Origin: Anthoceros angustus | Lineage: Eukaryota > Plantae > Anthocerotophyta | Assembly: GCA_010909165.1 (NCBI GenBank) | Contig: VJWM01000392.1 | Coordinates: 1-22,995 of the forward strand | Reading direction: 5' to 3' | DNA: 22,995 bases | Shown: one piece after another, positions 10,512 through 22,578 of the stretch | Layout of the letters: every line of letters starts with the position of its first letter | Numbering within the stretch: the first letter of the stretch is position 1 | The notes under the pieces: generated by a model | Databases searched by the model: none | What the model was told of the DNA's origin: nothing | Seen by the model: only the letters and a program-made list of their open reading frames with translations | Made by a program: the position numbers and the translations under genes

Positions 10512-10572
10512 AGCGTGGGAAAAACGTCCAACCTGCCCCTTTAGAAAAGCTCCGGATCTGACCTCCTATAAG

Positions 10573-12914
10573 TTAGGTACTATAGGTCTGATCGACCATA
10601 ACCGCACTTGGAAATCTAATGCGAAACTCTGCGCCTTTGCCCGGCGTACCAACTGCATGTATATCTCCCTTATGAAAGGCAATTATTTTTGACAATTGCT
10701 AAGCCCACGCCCGTTCCTTCATACTCTTCTTTAGTATGTAATCTGTAAAATACGTCAAATATTTTCTCGGCCTGATCCTGACCAAATCCGATTCCATTAT
10801 CCTGATATTTTATAAGCCAGAATTTTCGTTGGCCCATACCTACCGGGCTGCAGGTGATTTTAATTACTAATTGCCGGCGGGATGTGCAAACTTCAGGGAA
10901 TTGCTGATCAAATTCTGGAATACCTGTCCCAAATGCATTGAAATACCTTTGATGGAAGGTAATTGCTGGCATGAGATGAATGCGTTTTTCCTTTATAAGT
11001 AACTCCAGATCATTGAGCACCAATTCAACAACTTCAGAAAGGTTAACGCTTTGAAGCTCCGGTCTTGTGTTCGATATCCGGGAAAAGATGAGCAAATCGT
11101 CGATCAGTCTTACCATCCGGCTGGAGGACTGGATGATGGAGTTAAGGTACTTGTCGCCGGGCGCAACCAAGGAACTTCCCAATTGATCTTTTAACATTCG
11201 GCTAAATATGGAAACCTTGCGCACCGGTTCCTTTAGGTCATGGCTAGCTACTGAGGCGAACTGCATCAACTCGTCGTGATTTGTTCCAATTGCTGCGCTC
11301 TCTCACTTTATCTTCGAGCAGCGACAAGGTCTCCTGCTCCTTATTTCGCAGCTCCTCTTGAATCTTTTTCTTCAGTTGTATCTCTAGCCTCAATTACCGT
11401 TCCCACCGGCAACCCGTTATCAACAATCGGGCTGGCAATAAAAGCCACAGGGAAAAAGGTGGGATGAGTATGATGGATATAGTAATGCAACGGCTTTTCC
11501 GGACCTCATGCAACTTAAAACCAGTCATATTCTCAGCCGCCGGGTTCATGTAAGTGCAAATCTGCTTATCATTCATTAGGAACAACGCCTGCAAGTTGTT
11601 GTTTGTAATCGTATTGATGAGCGTATTTTGGCTATAAAGCTGATTCTCCGTTTCTTTTTCTCCGTTTTATCTGATATTGAGCCTGCATAGCCTAAAAAGT
11701 GCCGGCCGATTTATAATAAGGACCGGCCAAAGCTATTTGTTTCACCAGACCTACGTTTCAATCTGAACTCGGAATTGAATTGCCTTCGGCTCGTAAAGGC
11801 CTGAACAAAATTTGCCCAAACTTCATCCCGGTCTTCAGCGTGCACCGAATTGATCCAGCCTGACTTCAGATACTCGTTGATGCTGCCTCCCACCCAATCG
11901 ATCCGGGTTTTGTTGATGAAAACCAGTGCGCCCGTCGGTCATCCACAAGGTGACAGGTGAAGCATTTGTTATCAACTCACAGAATTTATCTGCTTCCTTG
12001 AATGCATCATCAGTTCGCAAACCGGAATGAGCATCTTTGGCAATAGAAAGGACATGAGGTTTATCTCGGAAAATGAAGTTTACACCGCGATATTCTACTT
12101 CAATTAGTGAATTATCCTTACGGCGACGAGTATGTGTTCCAAAATACTCCCTTCCCGACAGCGCGATTTCCTTCAGCGCGACGAAGTCTTCGCTTTTCAC
12201 GAAGAGCTCACTAGCGTTTATACCGATTATTTCTTCGTATGAATAACCAAAGAGCCGGCAGGCCGACGGGTTAGCTTCCACAATATTTCCCTCAACATCA
12301 TAGATTATCGCCGAGTCGGATATCGCATTAAAGATGCTTTTGTACTGGTCCTTTTGTTTCAGCAGCTTTTCTTCCGTATATTTTTTTTGCTCGAAAAGAC
12401 GAGCATTTGCAATAGCGATTGCCGCCTGTAAGGCAATTCCTTCAATTAATTTCTCAGACTCGGACGTAAATATGCCTATGTCGGAATGTCCAAAGAACAG
12501 GCCACCGATTGGAGACTTGTCGATCGGAGACACAACAGGTACAGCCAAATAGCTTCGAACGGGTAAGTGGTCCCTAGGCATCCCTTGGTAAGGCGGATTT
12601 TGACCAAAGTGGGCCTGCTGCGTAACATCATCATAGCAGAATCGTACCCTTGGCCGTGAACGTGGGATCGAAAATCTTGGTGTTTCGAGGCATTGGAAAT
12701 TTGGAAAAAGCCTCCACAGCTACGCCAGAGATAGTGTAAAGCACATATGATTCACCATTGATGTCGATGACATTATAAAAGAAAAGCGCAAACTGCGCTC
12801 CGGAAAGTTCTGTACAGAGATCAGTTACCCGTTACCAATTTCTGGAGATCGATTTCCGAAGAGATAGCAGGCCTCAAACAGAAGTTCGTAGACTGATTTT
12901 GAATTCTTATCCAA
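10573..12914 (-). CDS. Cytoplasmic GAF-PAS-PAS-PAS-HisKA-HATPase sensor histidine kinase; frameshifted in this read
   Basis: Probable TTG start 12914 ([97 protein letters not shown] = GAF). PAS domains: [80 protein letters not shown]; [33 protein letters not shown]; stop TAA 10573-10575. Confidence 0.9.
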
Positions 12915-13283
12915 AACGTATAATAATTAAGGGTTTCTGGGAACAAGTTTATTAGACGAAATTGAGAAGTTGGCTGTTCGACCGAGTCTGCGTCGAAACA
13001 TCAGCAGAATTTGAAGATACCTCATGAGGATAACGATATTTTGTCGAAAGCTTCGCATAGATGCAAGAATTACCGAAATAACGCGCAAGGTACACGATCC
13101 GGCGAAGGCCAGTTGGCGGTTATCGAACCCGAGTTCGAGCACGGTAAATCGGAGAACCCAATTGATCACGGCCTGTAGTTAAAGAACTACAAACCAGCAG
13201 CCTCATCCTTTACATTTTACTATATTCGCAATTATATTTTTAGTCGCTATTGCTAATGAAAGACACACGCTATTTTTGAGCGC

Positions 13284-13524
13284 ATGACAAAGAAAGTCTA
13301 CACTAGCCGAATTTCAGGAACTGGAGCTATCCATGCAACTAGAGCTTATTTACGAGCATGGTGTTTTTGTTGGAAAACGACATGAGGATAACCGTGAGAT
13401 ACTTCTTTATCAACTTGGAGGTATTATATTGAGCTTTATTACGGAGTACCGTAAAACGATTGACAAAATTGTAAGTACGTCGGATTCAAGCATTCTAGAC
13501 CCATATCTGGACCAGATACGATAA
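13284..13524 (+). CDS. Small hypothetical protein (~80 aa) upstream of the response regulator
   Basis: Stitched: MTKKVYT..EFQELELSMQLELIYEHGVFVGKRHEDNREILLYQLGG.(Y)IELYY.EYRKTIDKIVSTSDSSILDPYLDQIR*. Resembles a small uncharacterised Bacteroidota family (GVF..R....LYQL..FYVE.YY....LxPYL), recognised from memory and not verified. Confidence 0.65.
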
Positions 13525-13562
13525 TCATTAACTTTTTATAATTAATTGACCAAGCTACCGTT

Positions 13563-14020
13563 ATGACGGATTCTATTTCGAAGAAAAGCCTTGTATTATA
13601 TGCCGACGATGACCGGACGATATTCAGCTCATCAGTGATGCATTCAGCATTTACCACAACTCAGTTGAGTTGGTTAGTTTTGGCAATGGTGCTGACCTAC
13701 TGGCTTTTGTTGGGCAACAAGAACCGTTGGCGCCGATCCCCTGCTTAATCATTCTTGATGTGAATATGCCTGTGATGAATGGAAAAGATGCGTTACGCGC
13801 TTTGAGAAAGCAGCCACGGCTTGCAAAGGTCCCTGTTATCTTATTTACCACTTCAAACATGCCCTCTGAACGGCAATTTGCGCAAGCCTATAATGCAGGT
13901 TTTATCGTTAAACCGCTTCATTATGAACAGATGCAGGCAATAGCAGAGCAAATGGTTGATCATTGTGACGATGATATCAAAAAGCGGCTCAGAGGAGACG
14001 CGCCCGACTCAACTCTTTGA
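13563..14020 (+). CDS. Single-domain response regulator receiver (CheY-like, Rcp1-type)
   Basis: VLYADDD (acidic pocket), CLIILDVNMPVMNGKDAL (phosphoacceptor Asp), VPVILFTTS (Thr), FIVKP (Lys); no output domain; one frameshift near 13613. Confidence 0.92.
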
Positions 14021-14143
14021 TCATTAACCTGAATAACAACATCGCTTCACGGCAGTCACTTCCTCTGATGGCGTCCCTATATTGGGAATGGGCGACAAAA
14101 TTGAGGCATGGCTGATTGTATGCCACAGTCGCACAATCCCCGT

Positions 14144-14171
14144 AAAAGCCCGCCGTAGAAACGGCCAGGCT
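14144..14171 (-). terminator. Intrinsic terminator downstream of the T9SS cargo gene
   Basis: Minus strand AGCC(TG)GCCGT-TTCT-ACGGC(G)GGCT followed by TTT, about 25 nt after the stop at 14196, between convergent genes. Confidence 0.55.
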
Positions 14172-14195
14172 ACCTTAAAGACAAATCTATTGCAC

Positions 14196-17100
14196 TTATT
14201 GCTTCAACAGTTTTGGGTTCCAGGCTTTCTCCGTTTAAGTCAAATTCTAACCAAGTAGTATCCAGCGCCAAGCTTTGCAGGCCATCCCATCCCAGAGCAT
14301 TGCTGCCCCGTTCCAATCCAACCCATTTCGTGGCCGAGCGTACCCGACCCGTTGACGAGTCAAGCCGGTATCGGTCGGACTTGGGTGCGATAACTGTTAT
14401 AGTCAGCGCGGGACCAAATGGATTCGGAGAAGCATTGAAGGCTGTAAGTCACGGCGATCCGGGCGCAATACGGTGCTATAGGAGAAACGGCCATCAAAGT
14501 CTACCAGCTTCAACCTGTAAAACGTGACCTGAAATGGATGAAGGTCTGAAGCTTCGTCCGCCCAACCTGCGTGTTGGCCGCAGCGACATCTACCAATGGT
14601 ACAAATGTGCGTCCATCCGAACTGCGTTCAACGCCATACTTTTCGAGATTGAGTTCTGCTCCGGCTTCACGAGCTTGTTGGATGGGCCTGATTTTACTGC
14701 GCTGAAACGGAGCAAATTTACCGGCAACACCCCGCTCACAACAACACTTGCGAAAACGCCCGGTGAGCTGCAGACATTAACGCCGCTCAGATTCGTGCCT
14801 TTGATCATAACCGAATATGTACCCGATGATGTGAATGCCGAGGTCGTGAGTGTGACCGAAGATGCGGTAGCCCAAACGCCAGCTCCAAGTTGCTTGCCCG
14901 TTGTTGCGTCACATATCCGTAGAAAGCGCCAATCTGTGCATTACTGATTGTGTAAGTCTGGGTTTGGCCGTGAGCGTGCTCGACGAAGGGAGATAACCGG
15001 CGTGGGAGGTCCGGTAGTGCATGAAACCGTTACCGTTCCCGGGCACACCTGCTCCGCTTTCCCAGATTCCTGAACGCTGATTGCCAGTACTCCATAGTTG
15101 TAGACCGGGTTCGTAAACGCGCTTGTATTGATGCTCCGGGTTGCAGATCCCGTAGAAACCGAACCAATCTTTTCCCCGTCAAGGTAAATAGTTGTATTGG
15201 CTACAGCACCGTTTAAAGTCCCGGAGATCGTGGCATCGCCCTGATAAATGGGGCGTTAATTGTGCCGCACCGGTTTACGGTTGCAGTGGCCGCTCCAACC
15301 GATCCCGACGCAGCGCTTACTCCACAGGCATTCTCTGCAATGGCATAATAGGAAGTTGCAGCAACTGCATTGTATACCGATGGCAATGTAACCACGTTCG
15401 AGGTGCTCCACAAGCCGCCACTTTGCACAGTCGTAGTAGCGACCAACGTGTTGCCGGTGGTGTACACCCGGATTGTGGTACCAGCAGCTTCACCCGACAC
15501 TCCTGGATTGGGATGCCCGCACTAATTTGGCCATTTTGTCTGCAGTAATTACGGGCGTGGACGCAAAACAGACCACGGTACGGTTTGCAGATGCGCTGGC
15601 GCAAGTACCGATGACCAGTGCCCGCACGTCGACGATGTCGCCAGTAGTGAGCGTAAGTCCCGAAAGCTGAAGGCTCCTCCGGTGGCGGTCTGGCTGTTAA
15701 TCAATTGACCGTTGATCCAAAGCTGTACCGATGCGCCACTGGTAGCGGTGCCACCACTGTCTTGCTCGTATTATAAAGTATCGCACGGCTTATCACCGGC
15801 ATGTTCGCCGTCGTCAGGTTCAGGCAGGTATATACAGGGGCCGATTCGCAAGTAGACCCCGGGGCAATTGTAGTTACATAGAATGAGCCATTGGGCATAT
15901 CCTGACTGCCACCCGAGCATGCGGAGGAAATCTGACTTCCATTGTAATCGGTATGATTGTAATAGAAGTTTGTACCGCTGTAGCCGAAAGTTGGAGCATT
16001 CGCGCCAGTCCGCCAACTGTGGACGTGTTCAATGTCGCCGGATCAATCCAATAAACTCTAACCGTGTTACCGCCAGAAAACTCCTTCGATACCCGCACGG
16101 AAGAGCAGGTAATCACTTGTGTGGCTGACGGAATGTTAGATTTGTTGCAACTCTGAGCAACCACTGCATTACTAACTTCGCACATGGATTCGCCCGTTCC
16201 TGCGCTTTTGCGGTGATTACATCCCCCGTTTACAGAAACCGAACTCAGGGTCCGGTGGCGCCGCTTGCCACATTGACAATGGTGCCCAGTAGAGTTCCGT
16301 TTTATAAACCGTTATCGTTGCATTTACCGCTGCTCCCGAGATCGATGCCACGGTCCGGGTCCCGCTAATCGATACCGTTCCTGTTCCAATATGCGCATTC
16401 AATAACGGAGGCTCGGTACAAGGAGGGGCAAATCCGCCTGTTCCAAGACCGAGGGGTGAATTTAGGTTGCCGCTTGATGTATGCTTCGTATTGCGCATTT
16501 GTGGACTTGTAGGAGCCGTCATTCATTCCATAGATATCAGATTTCGGACCGCCGATAGCTGCACAGGGTGACATGACGGTCGTTGCCCCATCCGTAAAGG
16601 AGTGGACGTAGTAATGTTGAATGGAGCACCTGTCAGATCCGAAAAGGGATGTAGAAGTCAATGAAGAAGTCCGGGTCGCCATTATCAAATGTTCCTGCTA
16701 CTGAAACTTGCGACATATCCTGCCAGTTGGAATAGGACTTAATCAATACCGGGTTAGATGTTCCATCCACGTTATATATGGCGATCCTGAAATTCGTTTC
16801 CAAAACAATTTCGATTTCAAAGCCAGGTTACCGTTTGTACCGGTCGTCTCTGCACAGTAATTTGGATCGGCATCGGGCCGGAGGCTCCAAACTTACCATC
16901 GGTATCCAGAAGGATACTGTACCCCTTTGAGCCAGACATGACCGAACCCATACGCCACCGAAACAGGATGTTCGTTCCGTCGAAATACGCATAATTTCCA
17001 ACTCCGTCCGAGTCAGGTACAAAATCTGAATAACGGTGATCAGGGCCACGGCGCAATCTCCATAGGGCTCGATACTGAACGATGGCACCGATCGGTAAGG

Positions 17101-17301
17101 AAGCTCGAATTAGTTACATCATTGCCGGCAAACCCGGCATTGGTTTAATGGTGAATCCATCACCATTGGGATCCGGGACCGCTCTTCCAGCTGAAGAAGT
17201 TGCCGAACGGTTGATCGTTCCGGTAGATTGGGCCTTAGAACCAAGGCTAAGAAGAGAGACAGAAAGCCCAACAGGGCATAGCGCACAGCATTACTTCTCA
17301 T
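14196..17301 (-). CDS. Large secreted protein (~1,030 aa) with signal peptide, N-terminal DOMON/CBM9-like region, Cys/Thr-rich Ig-like modules and T9SS type-A C-terminal sorting domain; frameshifted in this read
   Basis: ATG 17301 MRSNAVRYALLGFLSLFL..KAQ (signal peptide); DPNGDGF..SDFVPDSDG..YFDGTNILFRWRMG..YSILLDTDGKFG..FEIEIVLETNF..GDPDFFIDFYIPF; Thr/Ser/Cys-rich beta modules; VLPVNLLRFSA..YGVERSSDGRTF..DGRFSYS; ASPNPF..GYYLVRI..TQKLLKQ* (T9SS type-A ending; TAA 14196-14198). Confidence 0.85.
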
Positions 17302-18308
17302 ATACACAGGTGGTTTATTATAAGATCTTTGGTAAATTTCTAGTAAACGAGGGCGAAGGTGATTCAAGTCAGACTAATACAAAATACCCATCGCGACTAA
17401 GCAAAAATAACTAGCCGCACTACTTATTAAAGTGACAAGCGAGCCATCCAGCCTCACAATGACTTCTGTCTAACGAAATAGGCGATAGCCATGATGAATC
17501 ACGCAAACTAAGTCTTGAAATCAGGGACGTCACACAACTCATCCCAGCTCAAGAATTCTATGGAGATCACAGCAGGTAATGGTAAACACCTAGCAGGTGT
17601 AAGCCAAAAGGCAAACCTATCAATTAAAAGCTCAATAAACGAAATCTGACCCTTAGTAAACTCAAAACGCAATTTGGCACCGGCTTTCATTCTGGGTCCG
17701 CCCGGATTGCGCCGGTTACCCGTTATTTTGCCCTTAGCTGGGCAGTTCACCTGATTTAAGGCATTCTCGGTCCGTGGTATTCGCTCATATTCAATATTTC
17801 GTATGGAAAAACCATCTTCAGCTTAAATGCTATCTCTGCGGATTTATACATACGATCAGTGCGTCCATGAAGCGTTGTCGACGTTATTGTTACATACAGT
17901 GCGGTGAAGAATAGGCATTAGGACGTGCTCAGCTTTGCGCGGCGTTGAATCATTTCCAGCTCTTCAAGGCACCAATACCGTTCTCCAGCCCGGCAGAAAC
18001 ACCCTCAAATAGGAAAACAGAGCGGATTCGTTTTAATAAGCTTATATGAAACCTACGATCAGCCAACGATATTCACAACCAAATAGCTGAATTGGAAGAC
18101 CGGTACACCCAATCGTTCGCCTTCGGTGCCACTCCAATCGAGTTACATCATATATGGATGGAAATACGTTCACTTCAACACATCCTGACTTCAACGGCTT
18201 GTGACAAGCGACGACGTAACTGACGTTCCGCCTGCAATAATCCATACTATTCTATAATTTCACAATTGCACACGCCATTGATCCATCTTTCAAGCAGCCA
18301 GTCACCCG

Positions 18309-21226
18309 ATGCCGGTCAGCCTTTTCGAACCTTTGCCTTCCTAGCTCTTTGCTGCATATGATCTGGCCGTATGCATTGATTGCTCAAACGGTGACCGAGT
18401 ATGGAGGAATTACAAAATTGAACAGTTCAGTGAAAACGACGGCCTTGTTTCTTCTGAGGTCTTTGATACGTATAAAGACCGGGTCGGCTTTTTGTGGATT
18501 GCCACATTCAAAGGAATCAGCCGCTTTGATGGCAGACATTTCGACAACTTTACAAGACTGAATGGCTTGCCTGAAGGCAACTTAGAAATTATGGGTGAAG
18601 ATGAAGCCGGACATATGTACTTCCGCTCTGTTCATCATGTTTACCGTTACCATGGAGGAAAACCAACTGCATTTTTCAATACCGGGAAGGTAAACCGAAC
18701 CATCATTTCCGGTTGTCCTGTGAGGAAAAATGAGGCTGGATTGCATATGATGGCGAAAACCAAATTCAGCTCCTTACACCGTCCGGTATCATCGACTCCT
18801 TAAAACGAACGGCCCCGTATATCGAATGGTTCAGGGCGGCCGGGATGAAATCTTCATTTTAGAGATTAGCGGCAGGCTTTGGTTACTTCGCGATAAGAAG
18901 CTCGTTGCCGCCGGTTTTGTCCGGCCAAAGCAGCCTATACCAATGAAGGCATCCGCATTTACAAAGATGATTTTGGCCGCATTTGGACGTATGGCGCCAA
19001 CAATCGATACCTCTATTCGCATTCAGGTACGCAGATCATAGACAGTATCGAGATACCGACAAGCACCCGTTGGTGGCAATGGTGGGTAGGGCAAATCATC
19101 AGGTTTACTACGCCTCAGATACCGGCAGCCTTTTCCAATTGCAGAAACAGGTCGTGGGAGCAAATTTTGACCGAAACCAACTAAAAGGCTCTGCTTACGA
19201 AGTCAAGGAAGACGCACAAGGTCAGATTTGGATAACGACCATTGGAGGACTTTTAAGGTCAAAAAAAGAAAATATATCAATCTGTTCCGCCAAAGTTTCC
19301 TTATTACTACTTCGCTCTAGATGTGGCTGGCCGATACATGCTACGGACTGATTCAGCACTCCATCACTTGCCAAATGCCATCCGGTATTACGAGCTACTT
19401 CGCAAGGAAGTCATCGCCAGCGTATATGTAAGCAGGAAAAAGTGTGTGGTATTGCACCGAAGGGCGTTTACCAACTACCTTATCGGGGATGTTGAAAAAC
19501 TACGTACTGATAGAACTTATGAAGGAAGACGTCTGTTTTCCGCTTTCGTCGTGTGCTGGAGGATCAGACTGGCGGTATATGGATATCTAGCTATCATGGA
19601 ATCTTTCATGCCAGAGGACAGCCTCCGCTATTACTGGGCTCGAAGGGTTGTCCGAGGGAGCGATTTACTCTATCGCGCAGGACCGAAACGGCTTATTTTA
19701 TGCTGCGGGTATCAACGTGTACGTATTAGAAAACGGACGGTTTGTCAATTTATCCAAGCAGCTGCATTTGCCCTGAAATTACAAGCCTGAGTCTGGATGG
19801 AGCGCGTAATGTTTGGCTAACCGGAGAATACGTCGCGTATTTGGAAGTTGGAGGCAGAAGAAGGCAGGTTCCGTATCTCCGACTCGGTTGTCTTGCAACT
19901 TAATGGCCTCCCGTTCGCTGCCAACTCATCGGCTTTCGACCGATGGAACAATCTCTGGGTTTGTGACAGTCGAGCACTTTACCTTTTTCCCAAAGTGCCG
20001 GGGAGGCTGGGAAGCATCCTGTATACTTTGAAGAGGATTTTACAGGAAGCCCCGGTTTATATACCGGTGGCGGGGATACCATTTGCTTTCTCACCCTTTA
20101 GCTGGCAATTACCTCCGTCGTTACACAACCGGCTCTTTACTTCAACACGATAAGCGTGTCAGACCACGCGTTCTTATTGTACGCATAGATCTGTTCAAGG
20201 AATCATTCGACTGGCTACGTGCTGGTTTTCCCATAAATAATATGGGTGTTCCTGAGAACCTGAAGCTTGACCCTGATCAAAACTTCCTTCGTTTTGGCTT
20301 CACCGGGCTGACCGACGATTTCGAGCGCAATATGGCGTACCGCTACCGTTTGCACGGATACGATCGGGATTGGTCACCACCGACCAGCAGGAACGAGGCT
20401 GAGTACACCGGACTGCCATCAGGAAGGTATACGTTTGAAGTGCAGGCAAAGTTCGGGTGGAAAATGGAGCGAATCTGTATTCTGAATTCACGATTCGGGA
20501 ACTTTGGTACAAGACTATTTGGGCTAAAACGGCACGGATAGCAATGACATTTTCCTTTTCAGTGGGTTTGCGTATTACCGGATCCGATCAATGAAACGCA
20601 AAGCAAAACTCGACCAGACACTAGTTGAAGAGCAACTAAAGGCCTTAAGGGCTCAGATCAATCCGCATTTCTTACAGAATACATTTGCTTTTCTCGCCCA
20701 CGAACTTTATCTCTCCAACAATACACAGGCAGTCAAAGCACTTGACCGACTTTCCATATACCTAAAGAACGTACTCAGGTTGAGCGACAAAACCAGCACT
20801 ACACTGGAAGAAGAAGTTGAATTTGTCTGCGAATATTTGGATATGCAACAAGAGATCCTGAGCATTCCATTCGCGTACACGATGGAAATCGATGAAGACG
20901 TTGACCTGTTCGACATCGGTACCTTCCATGCTGTTCCAGCCACTTGTTGAAAATGCCATAAAGTATGGCTGGACCCCAATCGCGCCAATCAGAATCAACA
21001 TTCGTATCGATCTCACCTATCCCTATGTAATATGCAGCATAAATGACACCGGGCGAACCGCGCCGGTGGCTACCACCTTCTAATACGGAGGAAGCGGCAA
21101 GGGCCTGACATTGACCAAAGGCGAATAGACCTGTATTATCGAAGCAAGCGCAATCCGCCGCAACTTTACCGGTCACCAAACTCCAATGGCGGATGCACGG
21201 TTTTGTTGTTCTTACCCATAGAATAA
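18309..21226 (+). CDS. LytS/YehU-like sensor histidine kinase with periplasmic beta-propeller (Reg_prop) and Y_Y_Y domain; frameshifted in this read
   Basis: FSENDGLVSSEVFDTYKDRVGFLWIATFKGISRFDGRHFDNFTRLNGLP and EDAQGQIWITTIGGL (propeller repeats); YRYRLHGYDRDWS..AEYTGLPSGRYTFEVQA (Y_Y_Y); TM near 20530-20580; EQLKALRAQINPHFLQN..TTLEEEVEFVCEYLDMQ (His_kinase); PSMLFQPLVENAIKYG..INDTG; VLLFLPIE* (TAA 21224-21226). Start approximate. Confidence 0.9.
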
Positions 21227-21229
21227 TTT

Positions 21230-21985
21230 ATGATGATCAAAGCCATACATATAGATGACGATATCCGATCGCTGGAATTAATGAAAATGACCGCCGCAAG
21301 CATTGAGGAACTCAGTTGGCAGGCAGCTTTCTTTCAGGTGGTAAAGCCCTTACGGCTGCGCCGCAACCCAGTTGATCTCATTTTCCTCGACGTGGAAATG
21401 CCTGAAAAAATGGTATCGACACGGCAAAAGAATTGAGTGCGTTTTCTTCAGATGTGATCTTTGTCACGGCGCACAGGATTTGCCATCAAAGCTTTCAAGC
21501 CTGCGCCTTGGATTACTGGTCAAACCTGTCTATGAGGAAAAACTACGCGTATGTATAGAGCGTTATTTCTACCAGGGCAAAGCCAGCCGAGGGCTCAGCA
21601 AAAGCGCCAATTAAAGAGCAAGTTGATGAACTACTGAGCAACTATATGGCAGAAGATTCCTATCCCGGGCGAGTCTTTGTAAACATGGTAGGCGAAACAA
21701 GAGTCATAGCACTTGACCGGGTAATCTATTTTGGCGCCAGCGGCTCTTATGAAAATCTACTTACAAGACGGGAGTAGTAACCTGCAGCGAGTCGATTAAG
21801 TCCTATTCTGAGTCGCTGGAAAACACATCACGGTTTTGTGCGAACTCATCCTACTTGATCAACAAGCAGTTTCTTAGTTCTATTTTGCGAAAAGATGGTA
21901 CTATAAGTCTAAAGATGTCAAACGGCGATGTCTTAGCCATTGCCCAGCAAAGAAAGGCGAGATCATGCAGCAAATCGCACGGTGA
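21230..21985 (+). CDS. LytTR-family DNA-binding response regulator; frameshifted in this read
   Basis: IKAIHIDDD..VDLIFLDVEMPE..DVIFVTAH..FAIKAF..ALDY.VKP (receiver); RVIALDRVIYFGASGSY..SIKSYSESLE..GFVRTH..LINKQF..LKMSNGDVLAIAQQRK (LytTR). Starts 3 nt after the sensor stop; likely stop TGA 21983-21985. Confidence 0.92.
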
Positions 21986-22094
21986 AACGACGCAACAGCT
22001 CCGCAGTGGCGAATATAACTGCCACGGATTTATATACCAGCACAGCCTAGCTGCTGCAATAAAAGCTCAATACGGACTGCGGAATAGTTTGTAA

Positions 22095-22578
22095 TCACTT
22101 AAACTTATCCAAATTGGGAGAGCCGCCTAATGCATTATTAATTAAGCCGTGTTGTTGGAAATGAATAAAATTCATTGACGCGTCCTTCCACTCAGGCGGT
22201 TTCGCTCCATATGTGACCCATAGCCGCAAGCGCAACTCTAGAGGCAAAGACGAGAGTTGGTGCACGGTAGAAGCCCTTTGTGAAGGACAATAAGTTACAA
22301 GAATATCAGGCTGTTTATCAGCAACGGCATATAAAAGTTGAGCGGCAGGCACATTTGTTCCCTTAGAAAGTTTGTATGCCGGCTCTTCAGTTGGTAATCC
22401 GGTACAACAAAACTAAATCATAGTGTTCGCCGTCCGCAAGAAATAAAAGGGCTGTCTTGTTCATCCGCTCGGTGGCGCCGAGCATTTCCGTAACAGGATA
22501 AATTTGCGCCGCAATAAGTTGAAGGCAAAATGTGTCGCTGCCGCGATTAGCAAAGCAAAGGAGGCCAGCTTTGGTCAT
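22095..22578 (-). CDS. Hypothetical, possibly exported protein next to the compositional junction
   Basis: ATG 22578 MTKA.. with a hydrophobic, signal-like stretch (SFALLIAAATHFAFNL in a shifted frame), continuing through ORFs 22387-22608 and 22095-22352; no recognisable domain; both ends uncertain. Confidence 0.35.

Noticed and set aside
5481-12914. Photoreceptor kinases (LOV or phytochrome), suggested by Cph1/Rcp1-like transmitter and receiver
   Set aside because: No NCRFLQ LOV motif and no PASDIP/PHY phytochrome motifs found in the PAS or GAF domains.
17490-18250. Small genes in the T9SS/LytS intergenic region (ORFs 17508-17750, 18042-18245)
   Set aside because: No recognisable motifs or consistent stitched frame; an eroded gene remnant cannot be excluded but cannot be supported.
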